Assembly (NCBI GenBank): GCA_030149205.1 | Contig: JASBSB010000003.1 | Location: forward strand, 60,001-92,000 | Direction of reading: 5' to 3' | Length of the DNA: 32,000 nt | Origin: Candidatus Heimdallarchaeota archaeon | Lineage (GTDB): Archaea > Asgardarchaeota > Heimdallarchaeia > Heimdallarchaeales > Kariarchaeaceae | In this document: positions 18,601 through 26,685 of the stretch, in pieces | How positions within the stretch are numbered: position 1 is the first letter of the stretch | Layout: each line of letters begins with the position of its first letter | Position numbers and translations under genes: made by a program | The notes under the pieces: generated by a model | The model's database searches: none | Told to the model about the DNA's origin: nothing | The model's input: the letters and a program-made list of their open reading frames with translations, nothing else

Positions 18601-20094
18601 TACCTCTTCTGCGATTTCATCCACTTTATCAATATATTCTTTTGACGTTTCTGGGAAAGGGATTTTTGTAGAAACCAAAGATACCGCAATAGCTAGTGGA
18701 TCAGTTTGACGTGTGAGTCCATACTCGTTCCATTTTATGGAATTGACTACCTGAGTTATAACATCATTCCCTGCTCCAAAAATCAATGGAATTCTATTTG
18801 CATATCTATAAATAATTTTATTGTCAACTACTGTTACACCTTTGGAATTAACAGCTGAAGATACTCCTCCTCCGTAACCCAGTGCAGCTTCAATTACAAA
18901 TGGATGTCCTTCATAAGCCCTCGGTGGTCTTGAAACAGCTTCAACAAATACCGGCTCTAACTCTTTTTCTATCCCTTTTCTAAGTCTTGTAGTGCCTAGT
19001 GGAGATAAAGCGTCACCCTTAGGGTCATCAAATTTGAACACTCGATCCCTTTTCCTCTTAATCTCTTTAGATTCTCTAAGTGCCCTTTGAAATCCATCAT
19101 GTACGATTCGTCTTATTTCCTTATCTGTTAATTCTGAGGGAAGTTTCGATGAATCTACTCCAACTTCTTCGAAAAATAATTCTGCTGCTTGTTCAGTTAC
19201 ACCCATAAAATGTGTGACAAGGAAGTCTAAAACATTCTGTCCAGGTTCTGCGCTCACAATTTCTCTGCGGAAGGTTGTGATATCCGCACCCCAAGGGTGT
19301 ACTGGAACCACCTCTGGTGGTTTTGGAAGTTCATCAACAACTCTTTTGAAGAAGAACTCATCATCTAACCCTGCGGTATCGGAGGGTAAGAAAATATGCA
19401 TATCTGCATAAGGTGTAATTATAGCAAGCTGTTTGAAATATTCACGAACGTAATTTTTAGCCTGTCCCCAATTTCCTGTGAATGATACTTTTATATCCGT
19501 CCCGAACTCATCAAAAAATTCCTTGTCTCCCTCTCTGAATTGCTCATCACTGACAATTATAGGTTGGTTCTTTTCTAAATCGATCAGTAGTTTAACCCTA
19601 TATGTTACATCTTCACCAAGAGGTCGAGTCGTAATCTGAATCGGTAAATCCAATGTTGACATTGAGTAGAGAAGAACCATTTTACTACCAAGTCCAAATC
19701 TTCCCCTTGTTTGTTGAGCCCCATATTTTGTCCCTGCGAGAACTGTCCCAAATAGAGTTGGAATCAGTTCCCTTCTTACACCAACACCATTGTCCTTACA
19801 TGATAATTCTAGGAAGTCAAGTTTCTTATTCGACAATTTAGAAATCTCGATCTCCATTAGATCTCCAACTTCTGACAGGCTCATTTTTCTCAGTTGCATA
19901 CTAATTAATGGGGTAATATTACGCTTTTCTGAGGCATCTAACGCATTTTCTACTAACTCTCGAACTGAGGTGAATACAGCTCGCAATGGATTCCCAAAAC
20001 CTGCAATACTCTTGTTATCATTGAAAAAAACAGCAGCACTGGCTGCTCTTGCCTTTGAATCAGACTTTATAGCTTTCTTTTGTTTTGTACTCAT
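9688..20094 (-). CDS. top6B: Giant DNA topoisomerase VI subunit B (3468 aa) with a C-terminal array of HhH-like repeats
   Basis: GHKL motifs RELVENALDA, KDNGVG, QTRGRFGLG; H2TH (FLVTHFMGV); transducer YRYANRIPL and PFPETSKEYI (conserved Lys). The core ends near 18500 and the frame stays open for a further ~8.8 kb. Confidence 0.96.
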   Translation of the reverse strand: MSTKQKKAIKSDSKARAASAAVFFNDNKSIAGFGNPLRAVFTSVRELVENALDASEKRNITPLISMQLRKMSLSEVGDLMEIEISKLSNKKLDFLELSCKDNGVGVRRELIPTLFGTVLAGTKYGAQQTRGRFGLGSKMVLLYSMSTLDLPIQITTRPLGEDVTYRVKLLIDLEKNQPIIVSDEQFREGDKEFFDEFGTDIKVSFTGNWGQAKNYVREYFKQLAIITPYADMHIFLPSDTAGLDDEFFFKRVVDELPKPPEVVPVHPWGADITTFRREIVSAEPGQNVLDFLVTHFMGVTEQAAELFFEEVGVDSSKLPSELTDKEIRRIVHDGFQRALRESKEIKRKRDRVFKFDDPKGDALSPLGTTRLRKGIEKELEPVFVEAVSRPPRAYEGHPFVIEAALGYGGGVSSAVNSKGVTVVDNKIIYRYANRIPLIFGAGNDVITQVVNSIKWNEYGLTRQTDPLAIAVSLVSTKIPFPETSKEYIDKVDEIAEEVKLALLQLGRKLKSFLSRSRRKQRERQRRSRFELYAPKTVENLINLLERGGVWNTKTGLKPSRVIAALSSGEARIARFSKPQTKHVLIEPIWSDVDVINNLQKSGILTVEEFLTERNEKLSKILNLDISQIDEIKRRTIVIFDDFKKIKPIVTQVFLNPEIEKRFHSRDLSLNLLHLSKALPRKWIRNVWDYLVTPDEYLLRIQGLLPKIFEEKRLEIIQHILEYTNRDNTSGDLQLSKEELMGLEKFLEINLEDPEKTSKSTSIPEAINPKLREEITESLTADKIKLDFFLPTVEEILEYPEVKKRKITSYVEFLIETTNPSSPITYDSLNQLIIDNFKNGILKLIEKNPDLKDLRIDQNQKWTDGYTKNSFKRRKLSKLGDVLGATDELLLEMSELLRLIFTRIIDKLKEVKTDLGKFKEVDEETMVYVPLFKKEGISSLEELALTQSLDYCAKLNANSKLTIALFNSTKAKIIDQLVSQNDVKSLYELKIINQDLESYLIKHDLLSLSEFLALPIDKFPSEIRDHVRRAKSFKTVFKGLKSSEIKLLNKIGVSTLEEFYFNFDYFIGNAKDEKDVKKLEKLYSNMLLPINTVSEELIQHLPILLDAGINTVGKLLIWDTDELEIITNLSGEWFDLILDGISLSSLNKVNNKQTDYNDFTNVISKEDIIALEKLGFKSLNQLITTLWNDELPNSLTNGNIYDHKTLNHTLFSPLGVLVDNLKVSKSEEKSLKSALKNLEDGGVVLLFDFMSSSIPKLTKLVSNKKGSGLIEELYLNLKQNNFPEGLIEPTLSGIRVFNLKENLSKSLIHLSEFSTVEVDLLQNHHIKTVYQLFLTSATKISKVLGQSLKNINEKLSKSTFRNFGTPLVKLEGKKYSPIFTFDYEGISHFSNSEIDSLIDSGYDTIETLYYLTNAKNFEVVGLSWSIINHMKSLLRSPSVLLSWKEEYEVTTKIPREESELDNDLIPENSENSNDGDPVDSEGVDSGEETVTTKKFRYVTLTSDELKSLSLAKLTRVFDFLTQPSEVISKILDWTEEKTRERQTTAFLQEVGIELENLNLFRPSHISHLNSMNYITVEDLYFSSFEESWDSNLIPWEAIKAIKSILRLPINFVENDLGEDVVSLLNANGVNTIIDFLLTGDPILEQKTGLPAERYENLKHVLEFEELVGQFYKSVYFIPGLTYFETQKLITNGIHTILDFFETSNKKLAKTLTLSEKDVRGIKDLVSIESVTQKESENGIPLKDINVFNRTELKTIEKATIFEISQIDTLQELYYQINTSNFLGEGYLLDIINSVQEVLNLPLEVFQTISEGDLSLLHEFHVNNLVDLLFVSNEDLPSPTPEIDALLTLLTKKFIDLKPLIAMSKIPAIAGSNEEIDGTLLERWKENSPALNHEVLYRIRSFLSLELKNTPFVNVLDQEISDDLSELTVADLVLLYDNTEEGTISIIQSLLKQKGALIELVKTGTTPITILNLTPEQFRSLYNAGITTVEGAILNDPKELSLISGLTQKFFRELKDNFDTTELNELLERKGLSVDQFVFDSSLKFDNVKFLDETVTVLTTQNPNIRELKLFLFSSNVFLHGYANDLQDTINLGARTIIESILAFRMMDYELDIIRDILLVGWKTYLENQLPLEISLNTPSSVGITNLQNFKMWVDLKPSRKTNLPKKGKLLYETLCESPLLLDLPGALLHLATTKYSCSTVLELLTDPFLRPLLPKGFVDTFLKNPTIQTELELPLEFIRTVSLSLFRRVESEKVNVQTILSSPHRLDTYLGIKQNNLKAVREGLKIPLTMLSINNRSLSVPIPILWLDELIHYLSELKDLMSKDEFNIFWHELQSNLVVHDELNLPENSIDEISTQLATHVTGFHHLWNYSIERSMSIMKTNSQPTFPIQRIIKNSYNLISGLSSIEETELWELWKSGIISINDLLLAPAELFTNTSISKKRIKQLQDIALSFVINVDSEEISNYDDLYSEESLEFLEDPLHTLPKLFIRRSHPLVNIDFELKNIHFLLVTHILDTTLRDILTLNEIKALLKKSIFEIVDFLMFPKSLVDFSERLSNYQDRVNLIIHNHRKVQSLLKVSDLNLPKSMKSFIDLSQPLSNLMEKVGSGKLGSKQRIFFTSVKLLKLFDQDKLDELNISSIFDLLVSSPKAITEVLNISTEELKEKIKSINFVEIEKLTSIDNLQINNIQSISDKGKERLTALNIYSLIDLGSEIPQVLSKPDQNILKQYKDLLNSPALLLNYSQKIRKLLEKAKIEPEGTIIEFLQGLQSKEVSTTLSPLDLDEILSNLPRLNILPEIRTQEEKILNSNGIFLFTQLLETNSNQLIEMGIEEERINSIKSQLSQSADLILNNDVFSQKPTSNVKVSVFLDKYFSKHDPITTPIIVQRSMLVEDTIQEHNLVEFLKSNKVETMNELINEETLQRLQKSDKLKTCDILSLLHLPLNKIINFPEKWSKDLREIGITTYWQLHTESEEEMINTLGVSAKSFSDKRGEFKVEFATNNNKFVSNLLKSELKLFSLSLFDFKILSIYPNIPKSLSNTFKPVSHLKSFLNSKLWAAKFYWELPQLQRVEILKLFTGDTLGDISEDNLKGSMFENLVNEWDINDYLTDLHDFSSLTVPKQIKSELNASSIKTVEEFMYNYYLNNSISENLNLTRETLRSSILSIPELELDDIQKLVQQGITHVSDVILSKVIHDSNDFPLLKNLDLNKLVNTKNLFYIGYFPQNSFDSLKNSYFTSWIQLTTNVLAADFSGLQGITENTFSQSEKLKDIYLWESQTLRSLGLKSIKALLRKKIKTLYDILISPPDALFKDFKVNNLEEFESVTAEISRADINRARKEDITPLNVVRKIRAMDIEELNKQGIKSVIQVYINDFKLPKNSPFTEGILSLQRLLATDIEEAKLPSEAKKKLKKSKIKSFGDFLFAPNVDIKQFSNLTNKEISNFRLKLEKEKKKTSKPTTKPGKKNKSKGGK
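9695..9699 (-). promoter_or_regulatory. Shine-Dalgarno GGAGG for top6A, encoded within the last codons of top6B
   Basis: Minus strand reads AAA GGA GGA AAA TAA ATG; GGAGG is 7 nt upstream of ATG 9687. Confidence 0.8.
9770..18310 (-). repeat. Protein-level tandem array of about 35-40 degenerate RadA/Rad51-NTD-like (HhH) units inside Top6B
   Basis: Recurrent motif L-x-x-x-G-I-x-T/S-h-x-D/E-h-h, e.g. LQKSGILTVEEFL, LLDAGINTVGKLL, LNANGVNTIIDFL, LYNAGITTVEGAI, LWKSGIISINDLL, LREIGITTYWQL, LNKQGIKSVIQV. Recurrent linker L-x-x-P-h, e.g. LLRSPSVL, ILRLPINF, VLNLPLEV, LLNSPALL, LLHLPLNK. Count made by eye. Confidence 0.85.
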
Positions 20095-20101
20095 TAGCTT
20101 G

Positions 20102-20107
20102 TCACCT
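20102..20107 (-). promoter_or_regulatory. Shine-Dalgarno AGGTGA for top6B
   Basis: AGGTGA 7 nt upstream of ATG 20094, complementary to the archaeal 16S 3' end. Confidence 0.7.
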
Positions 20108-20323
20108 TGCTACATTCAACATCCCAGAGAAAATTAATTGGAAAGCACCGACTAAAAATCACTTAAAATACGGATTTATTTTCAATTTCCATGTAATTAA
20201 AGGTTATCTATAATGCGATAGCCAATAACTAAATTTAATTAATCAATAATATATTGAATTATATTAGAGATTAGCTATTAAATAATACCCCAGTAGTTTA
20301 TATTTTCAAGAAATAATTTGATG

Positions 20324-21934
20324 CTAAAATTTCTTGGATTTTACAAGCTCAAATTGATATCTCTGTTTTAATTTTTCAATTTCTTGAAGAAAATTTGAAG
20401 ATTGAGTTATATTACTTGATTCTTCTAGAAATACTGTAAGAGAGGTATTATATTGTTTCGAGATGATCCCCATAAATAGGATATATTTCAAAATGAGGCT
20501 ATTCTCTAACATTGTATAAATTGGTTTTCCTTGGGATATCGATTCTCGGATTGAGGTAATATAAATTGAATAATCTTGTAGCCACCCCTTACTAACGGTA
20601 AGAAGGTTTTCCATTGTTAATGATTGATCTGAAAGATACATTGTTTTTAATAGGTGTAAGGCTGCTCCTACAGAGCCTCCTGAATATCCTATCTGCTTTA
20701 GATCATCACCTGTGATTAATTCATTAAATTTTTTCTGGAAAGTAGATAAAGCTGAAAACCGTTCTTCTAACTGATGATAGCTGATATGTGTTGTCTGACC
20801 TTCTATTGATATACAGGTTAAAGTTGAGATGTAGGTTTCAATCAATTCTGATCTCAATTCTAACAAATTCAATGCTTTTGTAAAGTGATCAAAGCTTATG
20901 ATAAGGTTTGACGCAATACCTATGTTGAACTTCGAATCTTGAAGATGAACGTCGTGGGTCAAGAATCGGAGTATTATCGCAATTTTATTAACATCCTGAC
21001 GTTTCATTCCTCTAAGATATTTCTTAACAAAGTTGGATAATATTTCGATTTGAAATACTAGAATTTTATTGTCTGATTGATTAAGAATGAAGGTGTAATA
21101 GAAGAGAACCCATCTGACATCTGTGTTATAGTTTTCTGAGACTTTCAGTTGAGCTATTAGAGTTTTAAGTAAATTAGAGGGAACTTTTGCATCAAATAAT
21201 AGACCAAAAATGTTAATTTCTGTGAACTCTTGAAAGGCTATATGTGAGTTAGGTGATTTGAGTATTGTGTTAAATTCAAGATACACACGTTCTTTCGACA
21301 CTCCTCGTAATTTTGATTGTAATGTTTTTGAAATCATGGCTTGTTTAGTTAAGGGTTCAATCTTAAAATTAAATCTTGCTGCGAATCTTACAGCCCTTAT
21401 TATCCGTAAACTATCTTCTTTAATTCGTTGTTCGGGGTTCCCGACAGTTCTGATGATATGATCCTTAAGATCAGTTATCCCTAAGAAGTGATCAATAATT
21501 TCACCATTTTCGTCAGATGCCATCGCATTTATTGTAAAATCTCGTCTTGCCAAATCTGACCTTAAATCAGACACAAAAGTCACTTTGTCTGGCCTTCTAT
21601 TATCTGAGTAACCCATATCAATTCGATAAGTAGTAATATCAGCCTTGAGCCCTTGGAATAGTATTCCAATTGTCCCATGCTTGATTCCAATAGTGAATAG
21701 CTTGTATTTGGAAAATATGGTTTTTATTTCCTTTGGAGAAGCATTTGTTGCGATATCAACATCAAGAACCATGTTCTTGACAAAATTAACTACATTAGGC
21801 TCAATTTTGAAAAAAGAACTGTTTTGAAGGATGAGAGAGTCTCTCACTAACCCTCCGACCAAATAAGCCTGATATCCTTTAGTCTTTATGAGGTTTAGTA
21901 ATTCTTGTACTCGGGGGTCTATGGTAATTTGCAT
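20324..21934 (-). CDS. cca: Class II (bacterial/eukaryotic-type) CCA tRNA nucleotidyltransferase
   Basis: YLVGGLVRD..DVDIAT (motif A); GIKHGT; DLARRDFTINAMA (motif B); EDSLRIIRAVRF (motif D); SKERV. No poly(A)-polymerase GRRF signature and no HD domain seen. Confidence 0.9.
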   Translation of the reverse strand: MQITIDPRVQELLNLIKTKGYQAYLVGGLVRDSLILQNSSFFKIEPNVVNFVKNMVLDVDIATNASPKEIKTIFSKYKLFTIGIKHGTIGILFQGLKADITTYRIDMGYSDNRRPDKVTFVSDLRSDLARRDFTINAMASDENGEIIDHFLGITDLKDHIIRTVGNPEQRIKEDSLRIIRAVRFAARFNFKIEPLTKQAMISKTLQSKLRGVSKERVYLEFNTILKSPNSHIAFQEFTEINIFGLLFDAKVPSNLLKTLIAQLKVSENYNTDVRWVLFYYTFILNQSDNKILVFQIEILSNFVKKYLRGMKRQDVNKIAIILRFLTHDVHLQDSKFNIGIASNLIISFDHFTKALNLLELRSELIETYISTLTCISIEGQTTHISYHQLEERFSALSTFQKKFNELITGDDLKQIGYSGGSVGAALHLLKTMYLSDQSLTMENLLTVSKGWLQDYSIYITSIRESISQGKPIYTMLENSLILKYILFMGIISKQYNTSLTVFLEESSNITQSSNFLQEIEKLKQRYQFELVKSKKF

Positions 21935-21940
21935 TTGTGA

Positions 21941-22633
21941 CTACATCTTGATATCGTCTATAACCATCTTAAAGACCTTGATTGTTTTTTCTGTGGTGTT
22001 AAAAGGCCAGACTCTGTCTTCTGTATTGACAACGAAATCAGCCAAAGCCATTAATTCCCCTAACCCATATCCCAATTCTTTTGAATCTCTAAGATCAAAT
22101 CTTGACCGGTCTCTTGCCATAGCCAGATCCTCAGTTGCTTTACTCTCCCCCTGCTCTTTAGATGCTTCCTGTCTGTCCACATTAGTTAAACGACCATGTC
22201 GCGTATCAGCTGATGCATGAAATGAGATCAAAAACACATTAGTTTCACCCACCTTTTCTTTGACCAATTCATATTCACTTCGTGCCTTGATCCCAGATAA
22301 GAAAACTACTGGTTCAGATTTATAATTTTTTTCAATAAACTCGATAGCTCTTTCTGTAAAATACGAATCAGATTCTTTTTTACATTCTCCAGCTACTTTG
22401 ACAATATTTTCAACTGTTGCTTCTAACCCCCGTTCTTCAACTGCTTTATATACAAAGGTCCCTGTTTCAACCAAAGGGATGTTTTCTAAGTCACCTAGTT
22501 TTCTTGCATGAGATGACTTCCCAGAAAGTGGTAATCCAACTAAAATTATAACCTTCAACGAAAGGACAATTTTCAATAATGCTTTTAAGTTTCCTTTACT
22601 GTTCAAATCTGTTGATAAATCTTTATCACTCAA
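21941..22633 (-). CDS. P-loop nucleotide kinase, archaeal UPF0200 / dephospho-CoA-kinase-like family; start uncertain (TTG)
   Basis: VIILVGLPLSGKS; ERGLEAT.ENI; ASADTRHGRL; RDSKELGYGLGELMALADFVVN. Confidence 0.8.
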   Translation of the reverse strand: MSDKDLSTDLNSKGNLKALLKIVLSLKVIILVGLPLSGKSSHARKLGDLENIPLVETGTFVYKAVEERGLEATVENIVKVAGECKKESDSYFTERAIEFIEKNYKSEPVVFLSGIKARSEYELVKEKVGETNVFLISFHASADTRHGRLTNVDRQEASKEQGESKATEDLAMARDRSRFDLRDSKELGYGLGELMALADFVVNTEDRVWPFNTTEKTIKVFKMVIDDIKM

Positions 22634-22651
22634 AACTATCCAATTGAATAG

Positions 22652-23977
22652 TTAGATAGACTTCAAAAATTCCTGTCTCTTTTCTACAAGAGGAGATATA
22701 TGCTTTCTATAAAATTTTAGTCGATTTTCTGTTGATACAAGTACTTCTTCTGCAGTCACAGAGTTGGTGTTAACACCATCTTTGATCGCAGCTCTTGCAA
22801 CCGCTGAGGCTTCATAGGGCATAATTCGTGGGTCGGTTGGGCTAATTATAATTCGTTCCTCGTGAATTGGATCTTTAGCTGTTAGTTCAGCTATCGCATT
22901 TGCAGCTGCAATCTTCATATTATCTGTGATATCTGTAGCTCCAACATCCAACGTCCCTCTAAAAATTGCAGGAAAACCTAAAACATTATTTATCTGGTTT
23001 GCAAAATCACTTCTTCCTGTTGCAACAATTCTAGCACCAGCCTTGTAAGCCTCATTTGGTAGGATCTCGGGGACTGGATTTGCTAATCCAAATACTATAG
23101 CATCATCATTCATACTTTTTACGTATGAAGACTTAAATTGACCAGCGGCAGAAACCCCAATCAAAACGTCTGCACCCTCACAAGCTTCAGCTAAGCTTGG
23201 TGATAGTTTTTTAGGATTGACCAGATTTGCTAGTTCATCCTTGTATGGATTCATTCCCTTCACTCTCCCAGAAAAGAGAGCTCCACTTCTATCAAATGAC
23301 ATCATGTTTTCTCCCCTTACACCAGCAGTCAGTAACATTTTTGCTATTGCAATTCCTGCAGCTCCTGTGCCATTAACAACAACTTTGACATTTTCAATCT
23401 TTTTGTTGACAATTTTCAATGCATTGAATAATCCAGCTAGGGTCACAATAGCCGTTCCCCATTGATCATCATGAAAAACCGGAATATCAAGAAGTTCATT
23501 AAGCTTTCTTTCAATGTAGAAACAGTCAGGGTGTTGTATATCCTCGAGGTTAATCCCGCCAAAATTTTGAGCCAAAGCCTGAACATGAGAGACAAACTTA
23601 TCTGGGTCTTTTTCATGAAGTATCAGTGGAAAAGCATCCACATTTGCCAAAGCTTTGAAGAGAATAGATTTTCCTTCCATTACTGGGTAACCAGCTATAC
23701 CAATGTCTCCAAGACCTAGTATTCTAGTACCGTTTGAAATTACTGCAACGGTATTTTTTATATTCGTATACAATCCTAGAGTCTCTGGATTTTTTTCAAT
23801 TTCTGTACATGCTACAGCAACCCCTGGAGAGTAGGCTAATGTCAAATCTTTTGCTGTTCTGACTGAAGTTTTAGAGATCACCTCAATTTTCCCAGGTGTT
23901 GGAAAATTTTTGTTGTGATAGTTAAGAACTTCAAGATCGGTGTATTCAACTGTTTGTGTGGTATTTTCATTGGGCAT
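22652..23977 (-). CDS. NAD(P)-dependent malic enzyme
   Basis: LAYSPGVA; NGTRILGLGDIG; MEGKSILFK; INLEDI; FHDDQWGT; NGTGAAG; ANP; ATGRSDFANQINNVLGFP. Confidence 0.96.
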   Translation of the reverse strand: MPNENTTQTVEYTDLEVLNYHNKNFPTPGKIEVISKTSVRTAKDLTLAYSPGVAVACTEIEKNPETLGLYTNIKNTVAVISNGTRILGLGDIGIAGYPVMEGKSILFKALANVDAFPLILHEKDPDKFVSHVQALAQNFGGINLEDIQHPDCFYIERKLNELLDIPVFHDDQWGTAIVTLAGLFNALKIVNKKIENVKVVVNGTGAAGIAIAKMLLTAGVRGENMMSFDRSGALFSGRVKGMNPYKDELANLVNPKKLSPSLAEACEGADVLIGVSAAGQFKSSYVKSMNDDAIVFGLANPVPEILPNEAYKAGARIVATGRSDFANQINNVLGFPAIFRGTLDVGATDITDNMKIAAANAIAELTAKDPIHEERIIISPTDPRIMPYEASAVARAAIKDGVNTNSVTAEEVLVSTENRLKFYRKHISPLVEKRQEFLKSI

Positions 23978-24143
23978 GAAGAATCGCCTTACCAGTAATT
24001 AAAATCTAGAACCACTATAAATTTAACTATCAGGCTCATTAATTTATAGAAAATTTTCAAAAATTCAAATACTCACCCACATTCCTTAGATATTTCACAA
24101 ATTATTTTAAATAAATTGACAATTTCCAATATATCACTATAAA

Positions 24144-26675
24144 TCAGATAAATAATTCATCAGTTCCAATTTCCAAATCTATGTTAGTTGTGGAAGATCC
24201 AAGAGCCTCCAGAACTTTTACTGCCTCTACCCTGTTTAGAGGTGAATTATTGTTACCACATTGGTAGGAGTAAGTACACCGTGGGCAACCATCGGTTCTC
24301 TCGCAGGGGCAATCCTTAAGGATCTTTAAAGTTCTATCAAGTGCTTCCTTGAGGTTTGTATAAAGAAGCTTTGATAATCCGGACCCTCCCTTCGCACCAT
24401 CATAAACAAAAACAAGTCCCGTGTCACCCACTGACACTCCGCCTATCTCATTTGCTCCACTGCCAGTAAGTGAATTACCTGATTCTATTAGTACATGTTC
24501 TATCGCATGAAAAACACCAAGGATATTTCCATTTGTTTGGTCTGCCAGAGGTGGAAAATTTATTGAAAATCCTTTTGTTCGATAGGTGTATTGAAGTTGT
24601 TGGTCTAAAGTTTGCTTGTCCTTGACTTTATCTGTAAATATATTGTATGAATAATATCCAGTCACCAATTCTGTGATCTCAATTGATATATATGAAATAG
24701 CTATTCCGTGAACCTCTGTTTCTTCATGTACAGATATAACTTTTGGAATTGTTGTTCTTAATGCTTGGGTACGAATACCTTTGTTCTCAGTCTCATTTAC
24801 CGTTGCGATTTTGGTGATAGGATTTAAATTTGTAATTTCATATGTTCTTCCACCATGTAAATAGATTGCACCAGGATGAAGTTCTCTTAACGCCATTGGT
24901 AGCCCTCGAAATCCTATGATTCGTTTATTGTGACTAATTTTCACAACGTCACCAGACCCCCTCAAATTAAACTTTGATAAGATATCCAGCACTTTATACT
25001 TATCTTTTATATGAACTGTCCCATTTATATACACAAGCAAATCCTTTGCAATAAGCTTCTCTACCCATTCAAAGTACTTTGGCAATTCATCTTCAATTAA
25101 CGGTTTTTCTATAATTGTTGCCAGCATCTGCATCATACCTACATGATCATTGCTTGGTTCAACGAATACTGGATCTATTGTTGTGAGATATTCACTTGGA
25201 TTTCTTGCATAGTACGCTGAGATTGGATCATCTCCCCTCAAAACTAAAACTGCAATACTTTCTTGTCCGATTCTTCCTGCTCTTCCAATCCTTTGAATAT
25301 AATTAGTTAACCCTGTAAGCATTGTAACAACTGCATCCAAATCACCAATATCAATACCTAGTTCTAAAGTTGGTGATGAAACAATTACTTGAATCTTACC
25401 AGTCCGAAAAAGATTTTCCACTCGATTCCGATGGTTGATTGACAAGCCAGCTCTATGCACTTCTGACAGCACACCATTACGTTTAAGAATAATATTTAGG
25501 ACTTCAGTGGTTAAATGGCTGTTCCCAAAAACTATTACCTTTTTCTGCTTTTTCACAAGAAATTCTGCAACTCTAGCCATAGTGGATAAGTTTGATGCTT
25601 CTTTGGGATACACTATCAACTGATGAAGTGGGGCTTTTCTTGCAGTCCCAACTCGGACTACCTTAACTTCTCGATCAAATAATGAACTTACGAATTCCTT
25701 AGCGTTTGAGATTGTTGCGGAGACACCTATAGCTTGGAAATTTGGATTTAACCTTCTCATCCTTCGAATTAACCATAATATATTGCTACCGAAAGATCCA
25801 ACACACAAATGAATTTCATCAATAACAATAAATTTTACCCTTTTAATTAATGATCTAAAAGTCATGTTTCTCAACAAATGATAATGAATCATATCTGGAT
25901 TTGTGATTAAGATATCAGGTGGATATCTATAAAGTGAATCTCTATCAGATTGGGAAGTATCACCATCAAATTTTTTGACTGTCAAACCTAGTGCGTGAGC
26001 ATATTCACGGATCTTCAGGGTCTGATCCTGTGCAAGGGCTTTTGTTGGATATATCAACAACGTACTCGGTCTCGTGTAATTTGAATCATTAAGTATTTCA
26101 TGTGCCAAAGATTCTATTATGGGTAATATGAAAGCTTCTGTTTTACCCATACCTGTTGGTGCAGAAATAACCAAATCATAACCAGTTTTGATTAATTCAA
26201 AAGATTCTTGTTGGAAATCATAAAGATTTGTAATCCCCTTTTGATACAGAACCTTTCTTAGCCCCTGAAATTCGATTAAATCTTCGACAGGATAAATTGA
26301 ACTGGGAAGGTTCTCATTAAAATATTCATAATATACGACGTTGAAGCTGTTATCTTGTACAAATGGTTGAAGTAAGTTCTGATGTCTAGATTCGATCCTC
26401 TTTCGAGTTTCCTTATCATTATATTTAACCTTAGGATCTGTCTCTAACTTCTTACTTTTACTTAATTTAAAACTAGATCTTCTTGATTTCACAGAAAACC
26501 CAGATGAATTTTTAGCCCTTCTTTTGTTACCATTCAACAGGATATAGACTTCTTCTGCAGTATATCCAGCTTTGCCTCTGTGGCTAAATCCACACCCCTC
26601 ACAAAAGAAAGTAACAACTCCTCTTCTTCTGCTGTTATCCATAATCTGTTGACAATTAGGACAGTTGAATTTCAT
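24144..26675 (-). CDS. SF2 DEAD/DEAH-box helicase, Hrq1/MrfA (DUF1998) family, with N-terminal zinc ribbon
   Basis: CPNC...CEGC; APTGMGKT; YPTKALAQDQ; DEIH; SAT; LELGIDIGDLD; QRIGRAGR; C-terminal CPC...GCPRC zinc site. Confidence 0.93.
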   Translation of the reverse strand: MKFNCPNCQQIMDNSRRRGVVTFFCEGCGFSHRGKAGYTAEEVYILLNGNKRRAKNSSGFSVKSRRSSFKLSKSKKLETDPKVKYNDKETRKRIESRHQNLLQPFVQDNSFNVVYYEYFNENLPSSIYPVEDLIEFQGLRKVLYQKGITNLYDFQQESFELIKTGYDLVISAPTGMGKTEAFILPIIESLAHEILNDSNYTRPSTLLIYPTKALAQDQTLKIREYAHALGLTVKKFDGDTSQSDRDSLYRYPPDILITNPDMIHYHLLRNMTFRSLIKRVKFIVIDEIHLCVGSFGSNILWLIRRMRRLNPNFQAIGVSATISNAKEFVSSLFDREVKVVRVGTARKAPLHQLIVYPKEASNLSTMARVAEFLVKKQKKVIVFGNSHLTTEVLNIILKRNGVLSEVHRAGLSINHRNRVENLFRTGKIQVIVSSPTLELGIDIGDLDAVVTMLTGLTNYIQRIGRAGRIGQESIAVLVLRGDDPISAYYARNPSEYLTTIDPVFVEPSNDHVGMMQMLATIIEKPLIEDELPKYFEWVEKLIAKDLLVYINGTVHIKDKYKVLDILSKFNLRGSGDVVKISHNKRIIGFRGLPMALRELHPGAIYLHGGRTYEITNLNPITKIATVNETENKGIRTQALRTTIPKVISVHEETEVHGIAISYISIEITELVTGYYSYNIFTDKVKDKQTLDQQLQYTYRTKGFSINFPPLADQTNGNILGVFHAIEHVLIESGNSLTGSGANEIGGVSVGDTGLVFVYDGAKGGSGLSKLLYTNLKEALDRTLKILKDCPCERTDGCPRCTYSYQCGNNNSPLNRVEAVKVLEALGSSTTNIDLEIGTDELFI

Positions 26676-26685
26676 GTTTGGACAC

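Noticed and set aside
20247-20266. Inverted repeat TAATATA-N6-TATATTA upstream of top6B
   Set aside because: Contains only A/T in an extremely AT-rich spacer, so it is expected by chance.
20324-21934. Poly(A) polymerase assignment for the class II nucleotidyltransferase
   Set aside because: It lacks the [LIV][LIV]G[RK][RK]F signature and has a CCA-type flexible loop.
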